Origin: an uncultured Acidimicrobiia bacterium
GTDB taxonomy: Bacteria > Actinomycetota > Acidimicrobiia > Acidimicrobiales > SZUA-35
DNA length: 64,000 bases
Assembly (NCBI GenBank): GCA_963781035.1
Contig: CAWAEN010000015.1
Location: forward strand, 166,943-230,942
Reading direction: 5' to 3'
Every line of letters starts with the position of its first letter. Within the stretch, counting starts at the first letter, position 1. Both the position numbers and the translations under genes were made by a program. Below are positions 19,750 through 32,142 of the stretch, piece after piece. The notes under the pieces were generated by a model, which saw nothing but the letters and a program-made list of their open reading frames with translations, did no database searches and had not been told where the DNA came from.

Positions 19750-20526
19750 ATGGGCGACCCCGGACGATCCCCATTCGGAGCATCCCAGGCCCCGACCGTC
19801 GACGGCGTGTACAACGTCCGCGACATCGGTGGCTTCCCGACGGCGGGCGGTGCCGTCGTGTCGCCCGGTCGCGTGCTCCGGTCAGCGGCACTCGACGACA
19901 TCAGCGACACCGGGCTCGACCAGCTTCGGGCGTTCGGTCTCCGAACGGTGCTCGACCTCCGATCCGGAGCCGAGCTGGAGCACTCCGGGCGTTTCCCCGT
20001 CGACCGGTTCCCGGTTCGATGGGAGCATCTCCCGTCAGGCGTTGGACCACCGACGAGCGCAGACGATCGCAGCCAACACCTACTCGATCACCCCGATCCG
20101 ATGGCACCGATGTACCGCCAGATCATGCTCACCGCCGGAGCTGAGTTCGCCAGAGGAATCCGCATCCTGGCCGATCCGGCCAACCATCCCACTGTGGTGC
20201 ACTGCACCTCGGGCAAAGACCGGACCGGCATGTTCGTCCTGATCCTGCACCTGACGCTCGGCGTCTCGCTCGACAATGCCATCGCCCACTACCACCAGGA
20301 CCCGGCCACCACCGACCGAGCCGCAGCCGACATGGTCCGCCGCTTCCCTCGGATGGGTGAGCTCCCGCCGGAGAAGATGCGCAGAATGGCGGGCACGAAC
20401 ACCCGCTGGGTGACGGGCGCCCTCGCCGCCATCGGGGGAGAACACGCCGTTCCCATGTGGCTGGCGTCGCACGGCTGCGACTCGCACGCCCAGGCCCGCC
20501 TGCGAGTTGCACTCACCACCGTCTGA
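19750..20526 (+). CDS. tyrosine-protein phosphatase (Y_phosphatase3-like)
   Basis: P-loop HCTSGKDRTG. Start at the internal ATG at 19750 of ORF 19657..20526. Confidence 0.85.
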   Translation: MGDPGRSPFGASQAPTVDGVYNVRDIGGFPTAGGAVVSPGRVLRSAALDDISDTGLDQLRAFGLRTVLDLRSGAELEHSGRFPVDRFPVRWEHLPSGVGPPTSADDRSQHLLDHPDPMAPMYRQIMLTAGAEFARGIRILADPANHPTVVHCTSGKDRTGMFVLILHLTLGVSLDNAIAHYHQDPATTDRAAADMVRRFPRMGELPPEKMRRMAGTNTRWVTGALAAIGGEHAVPMWLASHGCDSHAQARLRVALTTV

Positions 20527-20528
20527 AC

Positions 20529-20960
20529 TCAGTCGGTCAACTCGTAGCGATACACGTTGGTCGATCGCGGCACGAACCCGATTCTCTGGTACAGACGGTT
20601 CGCCGCTTCCCGGCTGGGCCGCGATGTCAGATCAACGGTGGCAGCGCCCGCGGCGCGAGCTCGTGAGAGTGCTTCTTCGTTGAGGGCCTGCCCGACTCCG
20701 AGACCACGAGCCTCGCTGTCGACCACGACATCCTCGATCCAAGCCCGCACCGCAGTGGGAATCCGAAACATCACGAGGGTCAGCGTGCCGACGATCTCAC
20801 CGTCGTGCTCGGCCACCAGCACGGTCGAGGCCTCCGATTCGACCATCTCGATCAGCTCGTCGCGCGTCGGAGGAGGATTCGAGGAAGAGAGCTGTGGGAT
20901 CAGGCGAGCGAACGCGTCGACGAGCGAATCACTGACCTCGGTGGCTTCGTGGACGAACAC
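20529..20960 (-). CDS. GNAT-family N-acetyltransferase
   Basis: 143-aa ORF with RGLGVGQALNEEALSRARAAGA...ANRLYQRIGF. Confidence 0.85.
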   Translation of the reverse strand: MFVHEATEVSDSLVDAFARLIPQLSSSNPPPTRDELIEMVESEASTVLVAEHDGEIVGTLTLVMFRIPTAVRAWIEDVVVDSEARGLGVGQALNEEALSRARAAGAATVDLTSRPSREAANRLYQRIGFVPRSTNVYRYELTD

Positions 20961-21054
20961 GCCGGACAGTATGGCAGCGTCCCGCCGGTCGACGACGGCG
21001 ATCCATCAGTCGCCGTCGCCCCGATACCCTCGAAGCGTGTCCCACCTCCGTTGG

Positions 21055-21880
21055 ATGAATGAGTTGCCCGCCATGCGCGACCCGATGCTGATCATGGCGT
21101 TCGAGGGCTGGAACGACGCCGGAGATGCAGCCTCCATGGCAACCAGCCATCTGGCTGATCGCTTCGACGCCGCCCCGATCGCCTCGATCGATGCCGAACC
21201 GTTCTTCGACTTCTCCTCCACCCGGCCGATGGTCCGCCTCGACGGTGACGGCCGGCGCAGAATCGACTGGCCGAGCAACGAGTTCCGGTTCGCCCATCTT
21301 CCCGACGGCACACGCGACGTGATCATCCTGACGGGGATGGAGCCGCAGCTGAAGTGGCGAACCTTCTCGAAGGAGATCGTCTACCCTCGCCAAGCAACTG
21401 AACGTCGGCCTGGTCGTCACCCTCGGAGCACTCATCGCCGACGTGACGCACTCCCGGCCCATCACCGTCTACGGAACCAGCCACGATCGAGCCCTGTGCG
21501 AACAACTCGAGCTCGAGCCGTCGACGTACGAGGGCCCCACCGGAATCGTCGGCGTCGTTCACCACGAATTCCAGCAAGCCGACATCGCGTCCATGTCCCT
21601 GTGGGCCGCCATCCCCAGCTATGTGCCTCACGCTCCGTCCCCGAAGGCGGCCTTGGCGCTGGTCGAACGGGTCGGCGACCTGCTCGCAGCACCGACGGTG
21701 GACTCGTCGCTCGTCGGCCAGGCCGAGGACTACGTCGAGCAGATCGATGCCCTCGTTGCCGACGACGACGAGACGCGGGACTACGTGCTCCAACTCGAGC
21801 AGCAGTACGACGCCTCGATGCGACCGGAGTCGACGGCCGAGCTCATCGAGGAGCTCGAGAAGTTCCTGAAGGATCAGTAG
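21055..21880 (+). pseudogene. PAC2 (proteasome assembly chaperone 2-like) family protein, frame-disrupted
   Basis: N-part MLIMAFEGWNDAGDAAS...VIILTGMEPQLKWRTFSKEIV lies in frame 20557... C-part LAKQLNVGLVVTLGALIADVTHSRPI...GPTGIVGVV...SLWAAIPSYV lies in frame 21443..21880. Frames switch near 21380. Confidence 0.75.
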
Positions 21881-21904
21881 CGGTCGCAATCATCCGCGAC
21901 CAGG

Positions 21905-22618
21905 TCAGGGATCGCTCCGCCACACCGGGGCGCGAGGCGGGTCGAAGCTCGTGACGACATCCCGACCCTCGATGGCGTCGAAGGCCAGATCGACCCAGCG
22001 GTCGACACTCGCCAGCGGTGACGGCAGGGACGATCGATCGAACCAGCCGACATCGAGGCACTCCTGAGGGTGGGCGGCGAGCTCGCCGCCGACCGCCCGG
22101 CAGTGAAACACGAGGGAGTACAGAGGCAGCCGGGAGAACCCGAGGCGGAGCCCGTCGAGAATCGCGAGCGGCTGGACGACCTCGCACTGGATCCCCGTCT
22201 CCTCCCACACCTCCTTGACCGCGACCTCTGCTGGGGAGTAGCCGATGTCGGCCCACCCGGTCGGGTACAGCCACACGCCGGAGTCGGAGCGTTGGATCAA
22301 CAGGAGCCGACCGTCTTCGTCCCCGACGACGGCCCCGACGGCGACCTTCGGTGTCACGTAGCCGGCCACGCCACGACCAACGATCTTCATCCACTCGTCG
22401 CGATGGCCGACCGCGGTGCCCGGGTCGGCCGAGACGGCGGCCTTGATGTCGGACGCCACCTCGAGAATCTCCTCGTACCGCTCACGCTCGTAGGTGCTGT
22501 CGGTGAAACCGAGGCCGGTGCGGGCGATGCCGGCCAGGGCTTCGGACCAGCGGATGAGCTCGTCCGCGCCCACCGGAACCTGCCCGTCCGCCCCGGCTTC
22601 TGCGCCCACGCGACTCAC
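21905..22618 (-). CDS. NUDIX hydrolase with the family-specific N-terminal domain
   Basis: Nudix box GWADIGYSPAEVAVKEVWEETGI. Its start overlaps the glnD stop by 4 nt. Confidence 0.85.
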   Translation of the reverse strand: MSRVGAEAGADGQVPVGADELIRWSEALAGIARTGLGFTDSTYERERYEEILEVASDIKAAVSADPGTAVGHRDEWMKIVGRGVAGYVTPKVAVGAVVGDEDGRLLLIQRSDSGVWLYPTGWADIGYSPAEVAVKEVWEETGIQCEVVQPLAILDGLRLGFSRLPLYSLVFHCRAVGGELAAHPQECLDVGWFDRSSLPSPLASVDRWVDLAFDAIEGRDVVTSFDPPRAPVWRSDP

Positions 22619-24910
22619 TCCTCGGTCTTCATGGAGTCCATGATGGCGAACTCCAGCTCACGAAGGATCTCCGGATCCTCGATCTTGTTCCCGAGATGGT
22701 CGCACAGGTAGAAACTGTCCACCGCCTCGGGTCCCAGCGTCTGGACGCTCGCGCTGCGGATGTCGAGCCGGAACTCGGCCAACGCCTGCGCGACCCGATA
22801 CAGGAGTCCGATCGTGTCCGGAGCGTGGACATCGACAACGGTGGCCACGTCGGAGATCGAGTTGTCGACGGTGACGAGTCGCCGAGCCGGCTCGGCCGAC
22901 AGGCGGCGACGGTAACGCTGATGCTGCACGGCTCGCTGATTGACACGGGCCGACAGTGCGAGGCGCCCATCGAGTGCCAGGTGGATGTTGGCCACGACGG
23001 GGTCCCAGTCGATGCCGTGCCCATCGCTGTCGTTCACGGTGAAGCGGCTGCAGGCCATTCCGTCATCAGCGACGAAGGCGGACGCATCGAGCACATCGAG
23101 CCCCGTCAGGGCGAGCACGGCTGCGACCCGTCCGAACATGCCTGGTGCATCATGATCGACCACGGTGACGACGTTGCGGTGCGCGACGACCGAACGCTGC
23201 CCGACCGCCATCTGTTCGAGGAGCTCGACCGGCGGGAAGTCCGGTGTCACGTCTTCGAGCCGGCCTCCTTCGATCACGTGGCAGGCCCGTTCGACCAGCG
23301 TTGCGACCAGTCCGGCCTTCCATGAGTTCCACACTGCAGGACCGGTGGCGATGGAATCGGCCTCGGTCAGGGCTCGCAACATTCGCAGGAACGAGACGGA
23401 GCGACCGGCCGCGGCCACGGCACGAATCGTTCCCTCGTCGGAGATGTCGCGACGGACGGCAACGTCTGACAGCATGAGGTGGTAGCGGCACAGGTCGACG
23501 AGGACGGCCGCATCGGATTCGGCGTAGCCCATACGTTCGGCGATCACGCTGATCCGTTCCATACCGACGTCGGTGTGGTCGCCGCGGTAGCCCTTCCCGA
23601 TGTCGTGCAGGAGCGCCCCCACGACCAACAGGTCTGGCCGATCGACCTCGTGGGTCAACGAACTCGCGTTGGCTGCGGCCTCGCAGAGATGCCGATCGAC
23701 CGTGAAGGTGTGCAGGACATTCCGTTGCGGCTTTGCTCGCACTGTCCGCCACTCGGGCAGCAAGCGGACCATCAGGTCGAATTGATCGAGATCTTCGATC
23801 ACCTCGATCGCCGTGCGTCCGGCAAGGAACAGATTGGCGAAACGATGGCGAGCATCGTCGCCCCACGGCTCCGGCGGCGTGTCGCCATGATCCCGAAGCT
23901 GCTCGAGCATTCCCCGTCCGAGCATGTGACCGGTGGTGGCGGCCAGCTCAGCGGCACGCAGTGTGAGCAACGGGTCCGAGTCCGGCGTGATGGTGTCCCG
24001 CAACTCGATCTGGCCGTTCCGAAGCTCGAATTGCGAGGTGAGTCGTTCAGGAGCCGCCTTCGTCTTTCTGGAGGTGCGGGCACGACGCCATCGCACCCAC
24101 ACCTCATCGGAGTGCCACGCCGTGCGGCGTCCGGCAGAGGCGAGGTCGAGCATCAACGCCTGCCCGTCAGCCATGCCCAAGGCGTCGGCGACGGCATCCT
24201 GATCATCGAGGGTCAGGGTGTCGGTGGCTCGCCCCGTCGAGCGGTGGAGTTCGACCCGGGCCGACAACAACAGTTCGGCCTGGGGAGCCAGCTCCTCCAG
24301 CTCGGAGGTGGCAAATCCGGGAGCGGCGCGATCTGCCCACCGCATCGCGTGGAGATCCCGAAGCCCGCCGCGCCCGTTCTTCAGCTCCGGTTCGATGGTG
24401 AACGACACGTCGCCGTACTGCTCGTGCCGACGCTCGACCGACGCGGACAACAATTCGAGGTAGCTCGCCGACCTCTTCGCCCACAGCTGCTCGGTCGATG
24501 TCCTCCAACTCACGATGCAACGCCGGGTCACCGGCGATCAGTCGGAGATCGAGCAGGGCCGTGGCCCGATCGAGTTCGAACCGGGCTCCATCGATGGTCT
24601 GGCCGACGGTGGCCACGACATGGCCGAGCTTGAGTCCACGGTCCCACACCGGATACCAGAGTCGCTCGGCGATGTCCGGAATCCCTTTCCGCTTCTTGTC
24701 GTGAACCAGGATGACGTCGAGATCGCTGAAGGGCCACAACTCGCCCCGTCCGTACCCTCCGAGGGCCAGCAGTGCGATGCCCTCGAGGTCATCGGTGGCG
24801 GCGTCCATGAGCTCGGCGAACCATGCGTCGGCGGCCTCGGCGTGGGCGCGGCAGTAGTCAACCCCCGCGAGGTGAGGGGCGACCAACAGCGGGGTCCGAG
24901 TCTTCGCCAT
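22615..24910 (-). pseudogene. glnD: [protein-PII] uridylyl/adenylyltransferase GlnD, frame-disrupted
   Basis: N-terminal nucleotidyltransferase (LALGGYGRGELWPFSDLDVILV) lies in frame 24203..24910. The remainder (NGRGGLRDLH, HD domain LLHDIGKG, two C-terminal ACT-like repeats) lies in frame 22615..24531. Frames switch near 24500. Confidence 0.85.
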
Positions 24911-24949
24911 GGTGTTGTCTATCTGCCGTCGTCGGGAACGCAGTGGCGG

Positions 24950-25420
24950 TCACGGGCGAAGACCCTCGTTCCGCCGCCGCCGAAGATGGACATGGGCCTT
25001 TGCCGCACCCCACGTGAGGCCGGCCGTGTGGAGGTCCTCGTGAAGGTCGCTGAACGCTGCCGGCACCAGGTCGAAGTGGTCGCCAGGGAAGATGCGAACA
25101 GCGTCAGGGTCTCGACGTGGTCGCGGGGCCCCGGTCTCGGCCAGTGTCTGCGTGATCGGCTCCACCAGCCTGCGGATGACGGCCAGAGGGTTGACATGTT
25201 GATCGTCGATGTCGGACCGGAGGAGGGCAGTCACCGTTTCGATGGTGCTGTCGACATCGCGAGAAAGGCGTCCGGCGGCAATGCGACCTTCCTCCACGCC
25301 GAGACGCTCGATGAGCAGACCTTCGACCCATCTCGGCACGTGTTCTGCCAGTCCTTCGATGAGCGCTTCGGCGTACGCAGCGAGCAGCTCGTCATCAGAG
25401 GGCCGGTCAGTCGTACGCAC
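24950..25420 (-). CDS. hypothetical protein
   Basis: 156-aa ORF with coding-like composition. No family recognised. Overlaps the S1-protein stop by 14 nt, so the start is uncertain. Confidence 0.5.
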   Translation of the reverse strand: MRTTDRPSDDELLAAYAEALIEGLAEHVPRWVEGLLIERLGVEEGRIAAGRLSRDVDSTIETVTALLRSDIDDQHVNPLAVIRRLVEPITQTLAETGAPRPRRDPDAVRIFPGDHFDLVPAAFSDLHEDLHTAGLTWGAAKAHVHLRRRRNEGLRP

Positions 25421-26477
25421 TGCTGACAGCCTGCCGGATCGACAGCTCGATCCGTCGCCGCTTGCGATCGACCGACAGCACCTTCACTCGCACGATCTCG
25501 CCAGGGGCCACGAGCTCCTCCGGGGCGGACACTCGGTGTTCTGCCAGCTCGGAGAGGTGCACGAGGCCTTCGCTGCCGCCGATGTCGACGAACGCCCCGA
25601 AATCGACGAGGCGGCAGATGGGCCCCTCCAGGATCGAGCCGACCTCGATCCCGGCGAGCGGGTCCGGTGCCACGCGACGCATCGACAACGACACGCGCCG
25701 CTTCTTGACCTTCACGTCGAGGATCTTGACCTCGACCTCGTCACCGACCTCCACGACCTCGGACGGGTGCCGAACGTGATGCCACGAGAGTTCGGAGAGA
25801 TGAACCAGGCCCTTGACGCCGCCGCCAAGATCCACGAAGGCTCCGAAGTCGGTGAGCGACGAGACGCTCCCTGACCTCGTCGAACCAACCTCGAGGCCGG
25901 ACAGGACGTCATGGACCTGTTTCCGCTGTTCCTTCAGGAGCAACGATCGACGTGACAGGACGAGCCGCTCCTTGGCGAGGTCGACCTCGAGAACGCGGAA
26001 GTCGAACGACTGACCCACAAAGGGACGCAGATCGGACGGCGGTTCGAGCACGAGATGCGTCGACGGGACGAAGCCGCGCACGCCGGCGTCGACAACGACG
26101 CCGCGCTTCGAGACCGACACGACGGTGCCCGAGATCAACTCGTTGCGTTCCGCAGCGCCGACGACCTGCTCCCAGGCCCGCTTCTTGAGTGCCCATGCCC
26201 TCGACAGCACGAGGCGACCCTTCGGATCCTCACGACTCAGCAACGCGCCCTCGACCCGATCGCCGATGCTCAGGATCGAGGACGGGTCGGTGTCGGCGTC
26301 GTCGAAATTGCGACGAGAGATCACGGCTGGCCGCCCATCGTCGGTCGTCAGCTCGACCTCGTCGCCGGACACCTGGGTGACGAGGCCGCCGATGATCTTG
26401 GCTGCATCGGACGGCGCCCGCGCTGCTCCTCTTGCCGGCGGAACCGGCGGAGGAATGGGCGTGGGGACGTCAGGCAT
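25407..26477 (-). CDS. S1 RNA-binding domain protein (four S1 repeats, RpsA-like paralogue)
   Basis: Repeated S1 signatures (GTVVSVSKRGVVVDAG.RGFVP, GSVSSLTDFGAFVDLGGGVKGLVHLSELS, GPICRLVDFGAFVDIGGSEGLVHLSEL). ATG at 26477. Pro-rich N-terminus. Confidence 0.85.
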   Translation of the reverse strand: MPDVPTPIPPPVPPARGAARAPSDAAKIIGGLVTQVSGDEVELTTDDGRPAVISRRNFDDADTDPSSILSIGDRVEGALLSREDPKGRLVLSRAWALKKRAWEQVVGAAERNELISGTVVSVSKRGVVVDAGVRGFVPSTHLVLEPPSDLRPFVGQSFDFRVLEVDLAKERLVLSRRSLLLKEQRKQVHDVLSGLEVGSTRSGSVSSLTDFGAFVDLGGGVKGLVHLSELSWHHVRHPSEVVEVGDEVEVKILDVKVKKRRVSLSMRRVAPDPLAGIEVGSILEGPICRLVDFGAFVDIGGSEGLVHLSELAEHRVSAPEELVAPGEIVRVKVLSVDRKRRRIELSIRQAVSSAYD

Positions 26478-26537
26478 GTGACAACGGTACGCAATGGAGG
26501 ACCGCAAGGTCACACCGAGTGTGTTCGCCCCCGTGTG

Positions 26538-27221
26538 TCAGAGCACTCCGATCGCCGTGAGCGTGTCGTCCGGGTCGGCCACCATGCCGGTGTAGAAGGC
26601 ACCGAACTCGGCATACACCGCCGACGCCTCGTCGTACCGCATCGTGTAGACGACCTCCTTGAGATCGTCCGGTTTCTGGGCGAAGAGCGTGACGCCCCAC
26701 TCGAAATCGTCGACGCCGGTCGAGGCAGTGATCAACTGCACGAGGCGACCGGCGAACTTCCGGCCGGACATGCCGTGCTCCATCATCAGATCTCGCCGTC
26801 GATCGAAATCGAGCGTGAACCAGTTGTCGTCGTGCTCGCGCCGTTTGCTCATCGGATAGAAGCACCAGGCGTTCTTTCCCTCGGGCGGAAGGACCGGATA
26901 GAGCCGGGCTTGTTTCGCCTCGTCGGGTACACCCTTTGCGTATTCGCTGACCTCGGTGAGCGAGACATAGCTGTCGACGAGCTCGAGTCCGGCAAGTGAC
27001 ATGGCCGTCTGGAACTGCCGCAACCGCCACAGATCCCTGCCGAGTGCCATCGTCGCCAGGTCGGCCTTGTGACCGAGCATCGCCACGGTGACGACCTGGT
27101 CATCGCCCGAGGTCGCGTCCTTGACCGCTTGGAGGATTGCCTCACGATCGGCGAGCGGAGTCACCCTCCAGAACAAATGGACGACACCGAGACCTTCACT
27201 GGGAACCGCTGGTTCGAACAT
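26538..27221 (-). CDS. hemQ: chlorite-dismutase-family coproheme decarboxylase (hydrogen peroxide-dependent heme synthase)
   Basis: 227-aa ORF resembling the actinobacterial HemQ/ChdC family (WCFYPMSKRR...NWF, FGAFYTG). Confidence 0.8.
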   Translation of the reverse strand: MFEPAVPSEGLGVVHLFWRVTPLADREAILQAVKDATSGDDQVVTVAMLGHKADLATMALGRDLWRLRQFQTAMSLAGLELVDSYVSLTEVSEYAKGVPDEAKQARLYPVLPPEGKNAWCFYPMSKRREHDDNWFTLDFDRRRDLMMEHGMSGRKFAGRLVQLITASTGVDDFEWGVTLFAQKPDDLKEVVYTMRYDEASAVYAEFGAFYTGMVADPDDTLTAIGVL

Positions 27222-27281
27222 GCCCGAAGTCTACGGAAGGCGGGACGGCCGCGACCGACGGGCCGCAGGTCGAAGGCAGGC

Positions 27282-28082
27282 TCAGACGAGGCTGTCCGGG
27301 CTGTAGATGCTGCCGTCGCCGCCGCGGGCGTACCCGACGAACGTCAAACCGGCACGGCGAGCGGTGGCCACAGCGAGGGACGACGGACCCGACACGGCGA
27401 CCAGCGCCGTGAAGCCGGCAGCCCACGCCTTCTGCACCATTTCGAACGATGCCCGTCCGCTGACGAAAAGGGCGAGATCGACTGCCGGGAGGCGATCGTC
27501 GAGCAACAGACGACCGACGACCTTGTCGACCGCGTTGTGCCGACCGATGTCCTCCCGCAACACGAGGAGATTGCCCGCACGATCGAACGCCCCTGCGGCA
27601 TGACTGGCGCCGGTGAGACCGAACAGCTCTTGTTGCTCATGTGCCTTCCCGGGGAGGCCGAGCAGGAAGGCCGGATCCCACGGTTCGTACGTAGGAAGCA
27701 CATGCAGACGCTCGGTGAGTTCGCCGATCGCCTCGGTGCCGCAGATCCCACACGACGACGTGGTGGATCCGAGCCGCGGGGTCGGCTGCGGGGCGACACC
27801 TCCGGTCGAGACGGACACGACGTTGAAATCGGAATCGACCGGCGCCCCGGTGACGCAGTACCGGATCCCGAGGATGGGAGCGCCGTGGAGCACTCCCTCT
27901 GACAGGCAGAATCCGGCGGCGAGCTCGAAGTCGTGGCCCGGTGTCCGCATCGTCGACGACACCTGGGTGTCGTCGAGGTGGATCGCCAACGGCTCCTCGA
28001 CGAGGAGATCGTCCGGGCATCTCGTCGACTCCCCGGCGGTGAATCGACGAGCGATGATCCTCTGGCTCCGCGATCGCACCAT
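27282..28082 (-). CDS. fdhD: formate dehydrogenase accessory sulfurtransferase FdhD
   Basis: EEPLAIHLDD...TMRTPGHDFELAAGFCLSEG...SSCGICG...GRHNAVDK. Confidence 0.9.
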   Translation of the reverse strand: MVRSRSQRIIARRFTAGESTRCPDDLLVEEPLAIHLDDTQVSSTMRTPGHDFELAAGFCLSEGVLHGAPILGIRYCVTGAPVDSDFNVVSVSTGGVAPQPTPRLGSTTSSCGICGTEAIGELTERLHVLPTYEPWDPAFLLGLPGKAHEQQELFGLTGASHAAGAFDRAGNLLVLREDIGRHNAVDKVVGRLLLDDRLPAVDLALFVSGRASFEMVQKAWAAGFTALVAVSGPSSLAVATARRAGLTFVGYARGGDGSIYSPDSLV

Positions 28083-28101
28083 CGGGCCAGGCTACTGACC
28101 G

Positions 28102-28422
28102 TCAGAGGTGGCGCTCGTCGCACTCCAGGGCCGACTCCACCGACGCCAGCGCACCGACGACGAGTTCGGCGAGTTCGTCGTCGATCGGGCCGAGCAACGA
28201 GATGTCGTCGAGCACGTCTTCGATGAGCCGGCGAGTCGACGCCGTCGTGGCTCGTTCGAACGCGCACTCCAACCAGATCCGATATGCCCGGGTCGGCTGA
28301 CCGCTGTCGCAGCCGAGCTCGAGCGTGGGCGAGTGTTCGATGAGCGTCAACAGTTCCATCACCCCGATCTGATCGATGGAGACGGTGGTGAGCGGGGCCG
28401 AGTGACCGAGCGACAGTGTCAT
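28102..28422 (-). CDS. hypothetical protein
   Basis: ORF 28102..28500. Third-position GC rises only after the internal ATG at 28422 (MTLSLGH). No family recognised. Confidence 0.45.
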   Translation of the reverse strand: MTLSLGHSAPLTTVSIDQIGVMELLTLIEHSPTLELGCDSGQPTRAYRIWLECAFERATTASTRRLIEDVLDDISLLGPIDDELAELVVGALASVESALECDERHL

Positions 28423-28551
28423 GCCAGGTCCATCGGATGGGCCGAACGGCCCATGAGTGTTCCACCCGAAAAGCCAATGGGGTCGGAGCTTCACTTTCAC
28501 AACTCTGCTTCGCTGCCCTCGGCAGCTCCGACCCCGATTCCGGGCCTCAGA

Positions 28552-30894
<2,343 letters not shown>

Positions 30895-30904
30895 CTAACA
30901 TGAG

Positions 30905-31105
30905 GTGATGGCCGCACCGCTCGAACGCCCGAAGACCCCTCTGTCGGTCATCGTCGTCGGCGCAGCCATCGCCGTACTCCTCGGCCTCTTCGTCCTGCGC
31001 CTCATCATCGGGCTCGTGATCACGCTGACGAAGATCGGGGTTGCCGTGGCGATCGTGGTGGCCATCGTCGTCGCGGTCCGTCGCCTCTCCGACGACGACA
31101 ACTAG
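30905..31105 (+). CDS. small membrane protein (2 TM), unknown function
   Basis: 66-aa hydrophobic ORF (SVIVVGAAIAVLLGLFVLRLIIGLVITLTKIGVAVAIVVAIVVAV). Confidence 0.5.
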   Translation: MMAAPLERPKTPLSVIVVGAAIAVLLGLFVLRLIIGLVITLTKIGVAVAIVVAIVVAVRRLSDDDN

Positions 31106-31115
31106 AGGATCCGGG

Positions 31116-32117
31116 TCAGGCGAGTTCCCGCACGACCTCGACGGCGATCTCGGCCGCCAACTCGGCTGGGCGAGCCCACGACGCCTCGGCACCGAAGCGG
31201 TCGGACAACTCGACCACGGTGACGTGCTCGGGGAGCTCGACCTCACCATGACGAACGCCCACGATCGCGAGCACGGGAACGGCTTCGGCCCTGGCCCACT
31301 CGGCCACTCCACCGACCACCTTGCCATGGAACGACTCGGCGTCGAGCATGCCCTCGCCCGTGATCACGAGATCAGCACCGACGAGCAGTTCGTCGAGACC
31401 GGCGGCCTCGGCCAACACGTCGAAACCACTTTCGATTCTGGCGCCGACCGCGACCAGCCCGCCGGCGAGACCACCGGCGGCTCCGGCTCCCACCAAGGTC
31501 GAGACGTCGACGCCGTACTGCTCGGTGTAGACCTGCACCAGACGCTCGAGCCGTCCGGTCAGCAGCTTGACCTGCGCCGGGCTGGCGCCCTTCTGTGGAC
31601 CGAAGACCACGGCCGCATCGGTGAAGAGCGTTTCGACGTCGCAGGCAACGACCAGATCGATCTCCTTCAACCGAACCGAGGGCGGCATCGCCCGAAGCGC
31701 CCCGAAGCCACCATCGGTGGTGGCAGATCCCCCGAGCATCACCACCACGGTTCTGGCCCCGAGTTCGATCGCCTGCGTGATCAGCTCGCCAGTACCGAAC
31801 GTGTCGGCGCCGATGGGATCGTTCGCCTCGGGTCCACCGATGAGCGCGAGTCCGGATGCGGCGGCCATCTCGATGAACGCTGTTCTGCCCTCGAGTCGCC
31901 ATCGAGCTTCGACCGGATCGCCCAGCGGATCCGTCACCAGCGTGGTCCTGTTGGCACCACCGAGCACATCGAGCGATCCCTCGCCTCCATCAGCCAACAG
32001 CACCCCGTCGACCGTCCAGCCCACCGACTCCAGCGACGACCGGACGGCCTCGAGCAACTCCTGCGACGTGGCGGAGCCGCGGAACTTGTCGAACGCCACA
32101 ACCACTCGTCCCGGCAT
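31116..32117 (-). CDS. glxK: glycerate kinase
   Basis: VVAFDKFRGSATS...LADGGEGSL...TGEGMLDAESFHGKVVGGVA. Confidence 0.9.
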   Translation of the reverse strand: MPGRVVVAFDKFRGSATSQELLEAVRSSLESVGWTVDGVLLADGGEGSLDVLGGANRTTLVTDPLGDPVEARWRLEGRTAFIEMAAASGLALIGGPEANDPIGADTFGTGELITQAIELGARTVVVMLGGSATTDGGFGALRAMPPSVRLKEIDLVVACDVETLFTDAAVVFGPQKGASPAQVKLLTGRLERLVQVYTEQYGVDVSTLVGAGAAGGLAGGLVAVGARIESGFDVLAEAAGLDELLVGADLVITGEGMLDAESFHGKVVGGVAEWARAEAVPVLAIVGVRHGEVELPEHVTVVELSDRFGAEASWARPAELAAEIAVEVVRELA

Positions 32118-32142
32118 ACGACGAAAGCGGTCATCGCTCCCG

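Noticed and set aside
20557-21954. 465-aa ORF spanning the GNAT gene antisense and the PAC2 region
   Set aside because: Only residues from the ATG at 21055 to about 21380 match PAC2. The first 160 codons are antisense to the GNAT gene, and the last part is out of frame after the indel.
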